Shown in pieces: positions 1 through 10,135 of a stretch of DNA of 64,000 nt. The notes below the pieces were generated by a model that saw nothing but the letters and a program-made list of their open reading frames with translations, was not told the DNA's origin and did no database searches. The number at the start of each line of letters is the position of its first letter. Position 1 is the stretch's first letter. The stretch is from a virus: the IMG/VR virus record IMGVR_UViG_3300045988_168112. One strand, given 5' to 3'. The position numbers were made by a program, and so were the translations under genes.

Positions 1-1229
1 ATTTTTTTTTCTTCAGCTTGAGTCTCTTTCTTTAGAGAGAGATATTCGTCAATTATTGAATCGAGTTCTTCAATTGATTTATCAATAAGACCTTTCTTTT
101 GAGTTTCTTCTTTCAATGCACTTTCAGAAAGTTTCTTCTCAGTTTTCAAATCGTCTACACTTTCATCCTCCTTCAGAAGAAACTCATGATGACAATTAGG
201 ACAAGTTATGACACCTGCAAGTTTCATTTCTATCGAATCAATAGTCCTTTTGATTGACTTGACTCTTTGAGTAGATTTATTAAGTTTATTCTCTTCATCT
301 TCTTTTTGCTTTTTATAGAGAGAAAGGTCTTCATCAATTTCTTTGTAAGTATCTTGAAATGAATTATCCTCAAGTTCCTCTAATTCTTTTTCAACAGATT
401 TCCTCAACTTAGCGATATCTTCTTTTTGTCGCTCCTTTGCAATCTTAGACTTTTCAAAATTCGATATAAAATTCTGTTTCTCTTTAATATTGTCATCGTA
501 AACATTGATAAGATAAGTCAATCCAGAGATTTCATCATTTCTTTTCTTTTCCAAATCCTCTTCAAGAATGAAATTAAGTTGCTCCTCGTAAGCTGAAAGT
601 TTTCCTTCAAACGAAGACTTTTCATTCTCATAACCTCGTTTAATCTCGTTTAATTCATCTAATCTTTCAGTAATGATATCCTTTGTTTTATCAATACTCG
701 CAAAGTTAATAAAACGACTTATAAGAGCTAATTTCTCTGTATTTGAAGAATTAAAAAAGGATTTATAATTTCCTTTACTTACAATATAATAAGACTTAGC
801 ATCTTCTGCAGATATTTCAATCCAGTTAGCAATAAACTTGTTACCATCATTGACAGTTGCACATATCACTGGAGTTGACTTACTCTCATCTTCATCAATC
901 AAAGCTAATCTGAGAGTTGACGAACCTTTTGTCCTGATTTCTCTTTCAATAGAAAGAATCTGCTTACGAATAGGACAATGAATTTGAACACAGATATATG
1001 CAGAATCTTCACCTTCTCTGATAAGTTTTTTATCGAGAACACCTCTTAGATTAACTCCATATATACCATAAAATAGACCTTGAGAAATGCTTGACTTACC
1101 ACTACCATTTGAGAGTTGGTCATCCTGGGTCCTATTCTCACCTATGATAGCTATTGATTCGTTGACGAAATCGTATTTTAATGAAGAAAAAGGACCAAAA
1201 TTTCTTAATATTAATCTTCTCGGTTGCAT
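1..1229 (-). CDS. Rad50/SbcC-like ATPase, N-terminal part (ORF runs off the left edge)
   Basis: Not in the ORF track because it has no stop inside the window. My translation from the ATG at 1229 reads MQPRRLILRNFGPF...IIGENRTQDDQLSNGSGKSS (Walker A). It continues as a long K/E-rich coiled coil containing a CPNC zinc-hook-like motif (about nt 190-215) and stays open to nt 1. It lies next to Mre11/SbcD and RecA. Confidence 0.7.
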   Translation of the reverse strand, partial: MQPRRLILRNFGPFSSLKYDFVNESIAIIGENRTQDDQLSNGSGKSSISQGLFYGIYGVNLRGVLDKKLIREGEDSAYICVQIHCPIRKQILSIEREIRTKGSSTLRLALIDEDESKSTPVICATVNDGNKFIANWIEISAEDAKSYYIVSKGNYKSFFNSSNTEKLALISRFINFASIDKTKDIITERLDELNEIKRGYENEKSSFEGKLSAYEEQLNFILEEDLEKKRNDEISGLTYLINVYDDNIKEKQNFISNFEKSKIAKERQKEDIAKLRKSVEKELEELEDNSFQDTYKEIDEDLSLYKKQKEDEENKLNKSTQRVKSIKRTIDSIEMKLAGVITCPNCHHEFLLKEDESVDDLKTEKKLSESALKEETQKKGLIDKSIEELDSIIDEYLSLKKETQAEEKK

Positions 1230-2197
1230 AACGATTGTTTTACTTGTTCTCTAATTTCATTGAATAATTCAGCATCTTGAAGTAATTCATCTCTAACAGA
1301 ATCCATACCTTGACCCAAACGATAATCATCTCCATAATAGAACCAAGAACCCTTTTTCTGACAGATTCCATTTTTAACGGCTATCTCTACTACTTCTTGA
1401 ACGATATCAAATCCAACACCGAATCGCAACATCACTTCACAACTTCTAAATGGAGGAGCAATTTTATTCTTCGTTATTTTAATCTTAGTTTTGTTTGCTA
1501 CCGCAACATCACCATTTTTATCTGTACCAATTCTTGCAAATTCTGCTCTTTGTGTAGCATAAAACTTAAGTGCTTTACCTCCTGGAGTCATTGTAGTTGC
1601 TCCTCCGAATCCAAAACCTCCACCAACTTTATCCCGCAATTGATTGATACAGAATAAAATGTTGTTATTCTTCTTACAAATATTCTTCAATATACTTAAT
1701 TGAGTTGATAGTAGACGAGCAACAAGAGCAACCTTTTGTTCACCTGATTCACCTTGTAGAGTTGCTTGAGGTACAAGACCTGCAACTGAATCAAGAACAA
1801 CTAATCCAATCTCAGGACACTCCAACATCTCTCTTATGATTTCCATTGCTTCTTCTGCTGAATTAGGTTGAGATAAAATCCAATTATCTTCATTCAAATC
1901 TACACCTATTTTCTTCACATAATCTAAATCCAATGATTGTTCAACATCTACATAACCAATTGCTTTTCCAAGATTTTTCTGCACAGAAGCACAGAGATGT
2001 AAAGCACAACTTGTCTTACCACTGCTCTCGTTTCCGAAACACTCATGAATTCGACCTAATGCCCATCCCCCTCCTAACACATAATCTAATGCGAAAGAAC
2101 CTGATGAAACAGTTTCTACTTCTACATTAGAACCTACTATTGCTTCTTTGCCAAACCGCTTTGTTATTCGTCCAGATAAATCGTCTAATCTTCCCAT
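1211..2197 (-). CDS. recA: RecA-family recombinase
   Basis: 328 aa. Contains LDYVLGGGWALGRIHECFGNESSGKTSCALH (RecA N-terminal region plus Walker A) and GLVVLDSVAGLVP (Walker B). The layout is that of bacterial RecA. Confidence 0.9.
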   Translation of the reverse strand: MGRLDDLSGRITKRFGKEAIVGSNVEVETVSSGSFALDYVLGGGWALGRIHECFGNESSGKTSCALHLCASVQKNLGKAIGYVDVEQSLDLDYVKKIGVDLNEDNWILSQPNSAEEAMEIIREMLECPEIGLVVLDSVAGLVPQATLQGESGEQKVALVARLLSTQLSILKNICKKNNNILFCINQLRDKVGGGFGFGGATTMTPGGKALKFYATQRAEFARIGTDKNGDVAVANKTKIKITKNKIAPPFRSCEVMLRFGVGFDIVQEVVEIAVKNGICQKKGSWFYYGDDYRLGQGMDSVRDELLQDAELFNEIREQVKQSLCNRED

Positions 2198-2199
2198 AA

Positions 2200-3228
2200 T
2201 TATAATGCTTTTTCTAAAATTTCTATTCCTTCGTTATAATTATAATCATTCTCATTACAAAAAGTCTTGAATCGTTTGACTATATCATTAGATGATAATG
2301 CTTTCACTTCTTCAGATGTTTCTATATCAAGTATTTCGACTTCATCAAGTTTCGTTTTTACATCTATACCTAATTCTTGATAAGTTTTCTTATCAAGAGA
2401 GGAAAGTTCATCTTTATTTCCTTTAAATTCGACTCTCAGAAGATTGTCAGGATTCTCATCTTTAAACATCTTGACAATCTTATCTACCTGTTTGAGAGTT
2501 GTTGAATTTAAATCAATAGTGATTTTTCTGAATTTCTTTCCTTCAGATGGAATCAAGTCGTAAGTCAAATCATCATAAAGGACCCAGAATCCCTTGTTTT
2601 CATCTTCACCAAAGTTATTCTGAGTCAATGAACCAAGATGAACAACATTATCTGATAATTCTTGATAATCATGATAATGACCACTTAATACTAAACCCCA
2701 ATCCTTAAACAACGATGGTCTTATAGAACTTTCTACAGAACTACCATCATTATTCATGCTTCCATCAAACGCAATATGAGTGAATAATACATGATTAGAA
2801 TGATTCTTTTCTCCACTCACTGAACTAAATTCATCAAGCCATATTTCGTTGACAAAAAATGGAATAAAATAACAAGGAATATCGTTAATCAAGAAAAAAT
2901 CTAAAGTTGTAATCAATTTAAAGTTAGGATGATACTTGTATGCATCGAGAAATGAGCTTTCACTTTCATAGTTGCCCTTATCATGATTGCCAGGCACACA
3001 ATAAATTTTATGACCCATTGTGCTATACAAATCAATTATACGAGTAAGTGTATTTAGAGTTTCTTCTCTTTGACTTATTCTTGAATCGAAAATATCTCCA
3101 AGCCAAACGTGACTCGTTATTCCGAGATTATTTGCTTCACGAATTTCTTGCTCTTGAAGTTTATAAATTTCTTCAAGATTCGACGGTTTCAAATGCCAAT
3201 CAGTGCTTATTATTATCTTTCCTGTCAT
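2200..3228 (-). CDS. sbcD: Mre11/SbcD-type nuclease (calcineurin-like phosphoesterase)
   Basis: Metallophosphoesterase motifs appear in the expected order: STDWHL, LGDIFDS, VPGNHD, THIAFDG, SGHYHD. 342 aa. Confidence 0.85.
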   Translation of the reverse strand: MTGKIIISTDWHLKPSNLEEIYKLQEQEIREANNLGITSHVWLGDIFDSRISQREETLNTLTRIIDLYSTMGHKIYCVPGNHDKGNYESESSFLDAYKYHPNFKLITTLDFFLINDIPCYFIPFFVNEIWLDEFSSVSGEKNHSNHVLFTHIAFDGSMNNDGSSVESSIRPSLFKDWGLVLSGHYHDYQELSDNVVHLGSLTQNNFGEDENKGFWVLYDDLTYDLIPSEGKKFRKITIDLNSTTLKQVDKIVKMFKDENPDNLLRVEFKGNKDELSSLDKKTYQELGIDVKTKLDEVEILDIETSEEVKALSSNDIVKRFKTFCNENDYNYNEGIEILEKAL

Positions 3229-3428
3229 AACGCAGTCACCTTTAATATATTGTCAAGATTTTTCAAAACATTATCTTTCTCTACTTCCTTGTCAAAATAG
3301 AAGCTTTCCCAGACATTAGATATCTTTATTGATACTCTAAACTTCTTGGTTGACTGCGAATATCCCTCGTCATTATATCTGCTGATAGAAGCAATCTTTA
3401 TTCTCTTATTATTTATCTGTACAAACAT
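3225..3428 (-). CDS. hypothetical protein (67 aa)
   Basis: ORF tightly packed between neighbouring minus-strand genes. No recognisable motif. Confidence 0.45.
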   Translation of the reverse strand: MFVQINNKRIKIASISRYNDEGYSQSTKKFRVSIKISNVWESFYFDKEVEKDNVLKNLDNILKVTAL

Positions 3429-3432
3429 AATC

Positions 3433-4059
3433 TTACCAAATTATATATGTTCCACTTAACCCCACAAACACATCAAAATCCTTATTGAATACTCCATATC
3501 CAGCACCAATCGAAATACCTGCACCAAAACGAGATTTCTTTTTAGGTTTTGTCCAAATCGTTACATCTTGTATCTTTCCTGGAAGATTAGATGTAATTTC
3601 AAACCTATTATCGTTTCCTACTTGTTGATGTGACAATAGGAACTTGTTTGAGATATTGAAATCAAGTTTATACTTTGCTAAATGATTAGCCCAGACTTTC
3701 AAATCGTAACCAACAGTATCAGACTGTATATTGAATCGATATAACGAATCGTTCTTTTGCAACTTATCAACTTGTTGCTCAAGACCTTCGTATTTATACT
3801 TCCACTCAAATTCAATTGCTTCAACAAGTGACTCTTTTTCTTTCAATTTGTTGTAGAGTTCCTTATTTTCTTTCTTGAGCTTTGAAAATTCTGTAGAAGG
3901 ATATAATTTAATGTAAGTGTTTAAAGAATCGGTATAAAATTCAATATCTTTTGTAAGAGATTCAACTTTCTTCTGATACTTGTAATTTTTGTAACAAACA
4001 ATCAATGAGCTTAATATTACAATTGTTACAACTATATTGATAAGTTTATAATTCTTCAT
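3433..4059 (-). CDS. hypothetical membrane-anchored coiled-coil protein
   Basis: N-terminal hydrophobic segment LINIVVTIVILSSLIVC, a K/E-rich coiled coil, and a glycine/aromatic-rich C-terminus ending YIIW. Confidence 0.5.
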   Translation of the reverse strand: MKNYKLINIVVTIVILSSLIVCYKNYKYQKKVESLTKDIEFYTDSLNTYIKLYPSTEFSKLKKENKELYNKLKEKESLVEAIEFEWKYKYEGLEQQVDKLQKNDSLYRFNIQSDTVGYDLKVWANHLAKYKLDFNISNKFLLSHQQVGNDNRFEITSNLPGKIQDVTIWTKPKKKSRFGAGISIGAGYGVFNKDFDVFVGLSGTYIIW

Positions 4060-4103
4060 ACGAAAGCGAATTATGGGAGAGATTTCTCCCTCCCTTTATT
4101 TTA

Positions 4104-5450
4104 TCATTTTCTTTTTGTTCTGTTACGTAAGGCTTGAAGTTTCGAAGAGACACTTGACTTTGAAGAAATTTTCGTAGTCTTAGATTCGTCGATAGGTGCA
4201 GACTCATCGTCTTCTTGAGGTTCGTCATTAGAAGGATAATCATCGTCAGATGGTTCTTCTCTATAATCATCAAAAGGCAACATTTTACCTTCTTTCATTA
4301 AATCATACCATTTACGGAGCTCTGTAACTGAAAGGTCAGATGGCAATTCTTCTGTATCTTCATACTCTCTTTCGATATATTCCTTCAATTCAAGTTTCAT
4401 CTTGATTAGAGGAGGATATGTTGAAGTTGATTCTTCTTTTTTCTTAGTTCTCGTAGGTTCTGGTTTAGATTTCACTGACTGTTCCTTCTTTGTAGGGATT
4501 TGAGCAGCTTCTTTCACTTCATCGTCTTCAGGTACAAGTTTTTCAATTTCTTCAAGTTCATCCAAGAATTGGTCGTTCTGGAAAATTCCGAATTTGTATT
4601 GCTCATCAATTCTTTCAAGACCTTCAATCTGAAGATTCCAATCCTTGCGTGAAAATACATCTACATACATATCTTCAAGTTTAGGAAGTTCTTCAAGACC
4701 TTCAAGTACTTCATCTGACACAATATTCTTTTCGAAGAATTCATCCCAATTTTCGCCAACTTTAGGTAAGTCACAAGAAAGTGCGAATTCAAGTTTATTC
4801 TTATCGTTAAGGCTTGTGTTTACAATCAAAGGATAACCTTTCTCGTAATCTGAGAAAATATCGATACTGAGGACATCATCATCGCATCTTTCAATTGAAA
4901 TCTTCTTCAATTCTTTCCACCACTGTGGACGTATATCGAATCTGTGAATTTCATTTTCAGCATACACATAACAAACATAATTCAATTGAGCAGAAATACC
5001 CCACACCCATTGTTTCTGTTTATTACGATAACCATTGATTGGTGCCAAGAACTTCTTTCTTTCATCTGCATCCTGGATTTCACTTGCTAATTCGTACACA
5101 TAATCAATATATGTAAGAACAGCATCTTTGCCACCCATTCTTTCACTATGGACATCAGAAGTGAAAATATCTTTCATCTTAACTTCTTTTTTACCAGTGT
5201 CTTCACCATTACTGTTGTAAACAGGACACTCAACAGGAAGTTTGACTGTCTTACGCGGAATATAAGGTCTACCTGTCTTAGAAGGTAAGACTCTCAGGAC
5301 ATAACGTCCTTCTTTTGCTACAGAAAAGAAACTTGCTCTTCCACCTTGACCACTAAACATAGGGTTTTTCATTGTGTCTTGAGCTTTCTTCAAATTACTA
5401 TCGATATCTTCGACACTTACCTGTTTTTTGTATTTACTTCTATCAATCAT
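4104..5450 (-). CDS. T4 gp32-like single-stranded DNA-binding protein (tentative)
   Basis: YVLRVLPSK resembles the IRFLPSK block of T4 gp32. The long acidic C-terminal tail (DDYREEPSDDDYPSNDEPQEDDE) is typical of phage SSBs, and the gene sits in the replication module. Confidence 0.55.
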   Translation of the reverse strand: MIDRSKYKKQVSVEDIDSNLKKAQDTMKNPMFSGQGGRASFFSVAKEGRYVLRVLPSKTGRPYIPRKTVKLPVECPVYNSNGEDTGKKEVKMKDIFTSDVHSERMGGKDAVLTYIDYVYELASEIQDADERKKFLAPINGYRNKQKQWVWGISAQLNYVCYVYAENEIHRFDIRPQWWKELKKISIERCDDDVLSIDIFSDYEKGYPLIVNTSLNDKNKLEFALSCDLPKVGENWDEFFEKNIVSDEVLEGLEELPKLEDMYVDVFSRKDWNLQIEGLERIDEQYKFGIFQNDQFLDELEEIEKLVPEDDEVKEAAQIPTKKEQSVKSKPEPTRTKKKEESTSTYPPLIKMKLELKEYIEREYEDTEELPSDLSVTELRKWYDLMKEGKMLPFDDYREEPSDDDYPSNDEPQEDDESAPIDESKTTKISSKSSVSSKLQALRNRTKRK

Positions 5451-5459
5451 GATACTTAA

Positions 5460-5744
5460 TTATTTAATATGTTTATTTAATTTGTTAACTATCTCATTAC
5501 CAATCTCTTTATATTGCTTAATATACTCTTCAAATTCCATCCATTCTTTTTCACTTTCAAATATCTCATAATCAACTATTTTCTTAGCTAATAATTCAAG
5601 AGTGAGTCCGTATGCAACTGGAGTATTCACCTCAACATTTTCTTTACCTGCACGCTTACCGTAAGTAATTTTTATCAAATCCCAACAAAATGGAGCATGT
5701 AGACATTGTTCAATATAGAACTTTTCAGTCAATTTAATTTTCAT
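5460..5744 (-). CDS. hypothetical protein (94 aa)
   Basis: ORF packed in the minus-strand operon. No motif recognised. Confidence 0.5.
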   Translation of the reverse strand: MKIKLTEKFYIEQCLHAPFCWDLIKITYGKRAGKENVEVNTPVAYGLTLELLAKKIVDYEIFESEKEWMEFEEYIKQYKEIGNEIVNKLNKHIK

Positions 5745-5747
5745 AAT

Positions 5748-6278
5748 TTACAAACTTGGTTTTCTTATCATATATGTATTTACTTTACCTTCTACCAATT
5801 CTTGAACAAATTCATTAGGGGTGACTTTCGGCAAGATATTATTCAGCTTTTTATCTTTAGAACTGATTGCCCAGAATAATGTATCAAGTTTATCTCTCTT
5901 ACATTCAAGCTCAATCAATTCAAGTTGTAAATCCTGATATTCAGTATCTAACTGAATAATCTCATCAAGACCTTTTTCTGTCAATTTAAATGATTCACCA
6001 TCAACTCTTACTCTACCTTCATTCGTTGCAGCTTCTCTTCTGTATTTTCTTTTTAATTCTGAAACATATACATCACAATTCAATTTAGCCTCTTTAGCCT
6101 CTTTCTCACAATTCGCTTTCCACATTCCTACTTTATTCAATAATGCTGAAATCGTTGTTGCTTCACCGTATAAATTAGAATAATCAATCTTAGTTATATC
6201 ATCCAAAAAAATCTCTTCATCACCTTCTGTCTCAATCAAAACTATCGTCTTATCTCCTTGTTCAAGTATTATTTTCAT
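5748..6278 (-). CDS. hypothetical coiled-coil protein (176 aa)
   Basis: ORF with an ATG at 6278, 22 nt downstream of a promoter-like motif. Confidence 0.5.
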   Translation of the reverse strand: MKIILEQGDKTIVLIETEGDEEIFLDDITKIDYSNLYGEATTISALLNKVGMWKANCEKEAKEAKLNCDVYVSELKRKYRREAATNEGRVRVDGESFKLTEKGLDEIIQLDTEYQDLQLELIELECKRDKLDTLFWAISSKDKKLNNILPKVTPNEFVQELVEGKVNTYMIRKPSL

Positions 6279-6300
6279 ATCTTCAATTCTTTAACATTGG

Positions 6301-6331
6301 TAAAATTACTGTTTATTCTCGTTTTATCCAA
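6301..6331 (-). promoter_or_regulatory. Bacteroidota-type promoter candidate (TTG-N20-TAATTTTA)
   Basis: On the minus strand the sequence reads GTTGGATAAAACGAGAATAAACAGTAATTTTA. The -7-like box ends 22 nt before the ATG at 6278, in a 98-bp intergenic gap. Confidence 0.4.
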
Positions 6332-6376
6332 CTTATCACATCCTTAATGTGTACTTCATTAGATGAAAGAATGAAC

Positions 6377-8446
6377 CTATGATAAAACAGTAAATGAAGT
6401 ATTTAAATTAGTCATAAGACAGTATTCTTCTTTCCATTTATCCCATTGAATGTAACCATCAACAAGAAGAAGGTTCCCTTTACTGGATTGTAGGAATTCT
6501 TCATATTCAGAATATAATTCTGAAAAGACAATCACATTGATGAATTCATAGTTACTTTCTAATGTAAGAATGCAGAACTTGCCTTTCTTCGATTTCCTCT
6601 CAACAATATCAAGAACATAACCGCCAATAATTGCACAGATATCGTGATTGTCACCTTCGAGATACTTGACTTGTCTCACATCATAATAGACAGCTTCATA
6701 GAATTGTTCATGATATCTATTAATAAGTTCTTCATAATCGAATGTAGCAAAACCTGACAACTTTTTCTGTTGTAATGTCCACCACCAATCTTCTTTCTCT
6801 TTACGTGCTTTGATTATACTTGTCAATAAGTCCTTATCTTCAAGTACTTTAACCCTCTTGTTTTCCCTATAGGATTCAATCAGTCTCAACCTCTCTGCAG
6901 GATGTTCTATCCTTTCGAGTTTATCAAATGCACCACTATAAATGAGATTTTCAATCACAGATTTATTGACTGGTGAATTCTTTATTATACATCTATCAAT
7001 AAATTCATCCAACGAGAAGAATTCGCCGTTTTTCTCTCTTTCTTCTGCAATGAATTGTTGAGCTTTCTCACCACATTGTTTCACTGAATTCAATGCCCAA
7101 TACATACTGTTTGTCTTGATATCTGAAACAATATTGATACCAGACTTATTTATATCTACTGGTCGGATTTCGATTTCTCCTGACTCTTGAATTTCATTGA
7201 TATAATATGGATAATCTTTCAATTCAGCATAACTAAATGTCACAGACCAAAACTCAATAGGATAATGGACTTTAAGCCATATACAATTGTAACCGTTTCT
7301 TGAATAAGCAATCGCATGAGATTTGTTGAACGAATATTTACCAAACTCTTCCATCTGTTTCCAGAGGTCTCTTGCATATTCTTCAGTTACACCTTTATCA
7401 CCAAACTTCTTTACGTATCCTTCAACGAACTTATCGCCGAATGTTTTGATTTTTTGTAATAATTTTTTACCAATACATTTTCGTACACTATCAGTGGTTT
7501 CTAAGTCAAAATCAGCAAGTTCCTGACAAAGTCTCATAATATCTTCTTGGTACACAAGAAAATTTTTTGACTTAGATAAAACCTTTTCACCACCTATAGG
7601 AGCTTCGTGTTCAATTTCACCTCTCTTAGCTAAAACAAACTCGTTATGAATATTATTCTCAATCGGTCCTGGACGATAAAGTGCTGCACAGATACCCATC
7701 TCATCAAGACTCTCAGGTTGCATCTGTACACAATAAGACGATAATCCTTTTGCACCGAAATGAAAAACGTCATTCAAAAATCCCTTCTTGATATATTCAA
7801 AAACCATAGGGTCGTCCAACGGAATATCTTTATAGAGGTCTAACTTGATTCCATGATTCTGCTCTATCAGCTTTAGCATATCAGCTAACTTATCAAGTTG
7901 AGCAATTCCAAGGATATCTTCTTTAAGAAAACCGGTTTCCTCTATTTCACTACCTTCCCATTCGGTTACACTGAGTCCTTTCTGTTCTTTGATTGGTACC
8001 CATTGAGCTGATATCTTTTCATCAGGAAATATCACAGTACCACATGCATGTATCGAAGCAGCTTTAGGTGTATTGAGACAAATCATCATGTCGTTTATAA
8101 GTTCGGTATGAGATTTCACGAATTCTCTCAATTCAGTATCTTTACATATTGATACGAAAAAATCCTCAACACTTTTCATACCTTCTTCGTCCCGAAGTTT
8201 AGCTGTGATTCTTCTCACTATCTGGATAGGTACACCTTCACATCTTGCTAAATCTGTAATTGCTGCTTTGAGCTGCATTGTAGTATATGTTCCAAGAGAT
8301 ACAACTTGAGATGCTCCGAATCTTTGTTCCATATACTCTTTAACACGAGGCCGTTCTCGACCACAAAAATCCGTATCTATATCTGGCAACGAACCGAGAC
8401 TGGTTTCTTCACAGATTTCTTTCTTGATTGTTTTAATCGTTATCAT
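6377..8446 (-). CDS. dnaE: DNA polymerase III alpha (DnaE) C-terminal fragment: palm, fingers and OB region
   Basis: SLPDIDTDFCGRERPRVKEYMEQRFG matches the DnaE MPDFDVDF block, and downstream there is FNKSHAIAYS (E. coli FNKSHSAAYA). The track start at 8452 is TTG; the first ATG is at 8446. Confidence 0.85.
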   Translation of the reverse strand: MITIKTIKKEICEETSLGSLPDIDTDFCGRERPRVKEYMEQRFGASQVVSLGTYTTMQLKAAITDLARCEGVPIQIVRRITAKLRDEEGMKSVEDFFVSICKDTELREFVKSHTELINDMMICLNTPKAASIHACGTVIFPDEKISAQWVPIKEQKGLSVTEWEGSEIEETGFLKEDILGIAQLDKLADMLKLIEQNHGIKLDLYKDIPLDDPMVFEYIKKGFLNDVFHFGAKGLSSYCVQMQPESLDEMGICAALYRPGPIENNIHNEFVLAKRGEIEHEAPIGGEKVLSKSKNFLVYQEDIMRLCQELADFDLETTDSVRKCIGKKLLQKIKTFGDKFVEGYVKKFGDKGVTEEYARDLWKQMEEFGKYSFNKSHAIAYSRNGYNCIWLKVHYPIEFWSVTFSYAELKDYPYYINEIQESGEIEIRPVDINKSGINIVSDIKTNSMYWALNSVKQCGEKAQQFIAEEREKNGEFFSLDEFIDRCIIKNSPVNKSVIENLIYSGAFDKLERIEHPAERLRLIESYRENKRVKVLEDKDLLTSIIKARKEKEDWWWTLQQKKLSGFATFDYEELINRYHEQFYEAVYYDVRQVKYLEGDNHDICAIIGGYVLDIVERKSKKGKFCILTLESNYEFINVIVFSELYSEYEEFLQSSKGNLLLVDGYIQWDKWKEEYCLMTNLNTSFTVLS

Positions 8447-10049
8447 AATCAACTAATTTATCTCCTTCTTGTAATTCACCAGCTTTAACTATCATTTTCT
8501 CATCACCTCTAAATATCCGCACAAAATCTGAACTCTTAATTGTTATAGGTTTACCACTGTTTTCATTTATGATGACCTCCTCAACTTTATCATGACGTAT
8601 CAGACGACCCGTTGTTAAAAATCTTTCGAATAGTAAATCATAATCAAGAGGATTAACGAAATTAAGTCCTAATAAATAAGAAACAAGACTCCCACACCCG
8701 CTCCCTCTTCCTGACCCAGTTAAGATATCATTTTTTCTACACCAAGAAGTAATATCACGTAAAGTCAAGAAATAATCAACAACATCTCCATCTTCAATTA
8801 CTTTCATCTCTCTTTCAAGTCTCTCACCTATAACATCATTACTATATTTCTCAAATATCTCAGGATGCTCCTCCAGACCTTTGAAGATAAGGTCTTCGAA
8901 CATTTCTACATTACTATCGTATTGTTGAGCTTCTTCATCTGTCATACGATAGACAGGCATGTGTCTTACTTGAGTCTCAATGACGAAGTTACATTCAAAT
9001 GAAATTTCCTCAAGATTACTTATTGCATTTTCAAATGTTTCATAGAATTTCTCGTCATCAGAAAACAGATAACTCAATTCTTCAAAATACTCTTGATAAT
9101 TCTTGAAGTATTGATTGTGACTTTCGTGCGTCGGTACTTTACCGAGTTTGTTCAACTTATCTTTGATAGGACTCCATTCCTTCTCAATATAATAAGCATC
9201 ACACATTGCAACTGGTTTTAAATCGCTTTTAAAGAATTTCTTCAAATTATCGAGATATTCTCTATCACGATTGTTTTTCTCATATATAACTGTATCTAAC
9301 TGGTAATAGGAAGTTAATTCTTGGAGATTCTTTGGAATATCTTTATAAGCAATTGTTTTTGGGTCCCAAATGAAAACCAATCCATCACAATATTCCTCTA
9401 ATTCTTCTTCAGAGACGAATGATGAATCTTCAGTATTCATAATTTCATTCAACTTCAACAAATTAGACCAACCAACACTATTCTTTACAAATGCCTTTAC
9501 AGTATATTTAAGGTCCTTCTGTTCATTTAGAATTTTAATTTCTAATCCTTGTATTGCACGAAGACCAGCTTTCTGACATGCATTCTGGAATTTCATGGCT
9601 GCAGCAAGTGTACCTTTTTCACACAAACCAAGACTTGTGATACCAAGGAATTTCGCTTTCTTACACCATTCGTCGTATAATCCTACACCATTCATCAATT
9701 CGAATGGTCCGTGTATACCTATATAAGTTGAGATTCTGAAAAGTTCATCGTCTAATCGAGCTTTCCCAATCCATTTCACTCTTTCAAGTTTGACATTCTT
9801 TTCTTTTCCTTTTTCCAATGAATACCAGATACTACCGAATCTGAAGATATAATAGTCATAATCTGTCAAATCACATGCCCAATGAAACTCTTCATCAAAA
9901 AGAATGCCTTTTTCGTCATTATCCCATTTGATAGGTTCAAACAACTCGTAGGTCCTATCATTGATTTTTAAGACGAAATCACCTAATTCTTCATACGAAA
10001 TAAAATTATCGTCGAGATATTGTAATAAATCTGCATATAGTTCATTCAT
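8433..10049 (-). CDS. dnaE: DNA polymerase III alpha (DnaE) N-terminal fragment: PHP domain up to the LFERFL block
   Basis: Contains a PHP-like segment (GIHGPFELMNGVG...) and GSGRGSGCGSLVSYLLGLNFVNPLDYDLLFERFL, which matches the DnaE GRGSGAGSLVAY...LLFERFL block. It ends 20 nt inside the next ORF. Confidence 0.85.
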   Translation of the reverse strand: MNELYADLLQYLDDNFISYEELGDFVLKINDRTYELFEPIKWDNDEKGILFDEEFHWACDLTDYDYYIFRFGSIWYSLEKGKEKNVKLERVKWIGKARLDDELFRISTYIGIHGPFELMNGVGLYDEWCKKAKFLGITSLGLCEKGTLAAAMKFQNACQKAGLRAIQGLEIKILNEQKDLKYTVKAFVKNSVGWSNLLKLNEIMNTEDSSFVSEEELEEYCDGLVFIWDPKTIAYKDIPKNLQELTSYYQLDTVIYEKNNRDREYLDNLKKFFKSDLKPVAMCDAYYIEKEWSPIKDKLNKLGKVPTHESHNQYFKNYQEYFEELSYLFSDDEKFYETFENAISNLEEISFECNFVIETQVRHMPVYRMTDEEAQQYDSNVEMFEDLIFKGLEEHPEIFEKYSNDVIGERLEREMKVIEDGDVVDYFLTLRDITSWCRKNDILTGSGRGSGCGSLVSYLLGLNFVNPLDYDLLFERFLTTGRLIRHDKVEEVIINENSGKPITIKSSDFVRIFRGDEKMIVKAGELQEGDKLVDYDND

Positions 10050-10061
10050 AACAATATTCTG

Positions 10062-10105
10062 TTAAAAAGAAAAGGCTGAGATAGATTTCTCGTACCTCAA
10101 CCTTT
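10062..10105 (-). terminator. rho-independent terminator
   Basis: Arms at 10071-10080 and 10096-10105 form a 10-bp stem (one G-U pair on the minus-strand RNA) with a 15-nt loop. On the minus strand the stem is followed by UCUUUUU. It lies 30 nt after the stop of the gene at 10136-10675. Confidence 0.6.
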
Positions 10106-10135
10106 TCATAAAAATATTCAGAAAGAAGGGTTTAC

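Noticed and set aside
8380-8620. A split intein at the DnaE break point
   Set aside because: The insertion does not begin with Cys/Ser after the extein junction. It lacks a TxxH block B. The C-terminal piece has no terminal HN followed by Cys/Ser/Thr. Only a vague GELQEGDKLV similarity to Hint domains exists.
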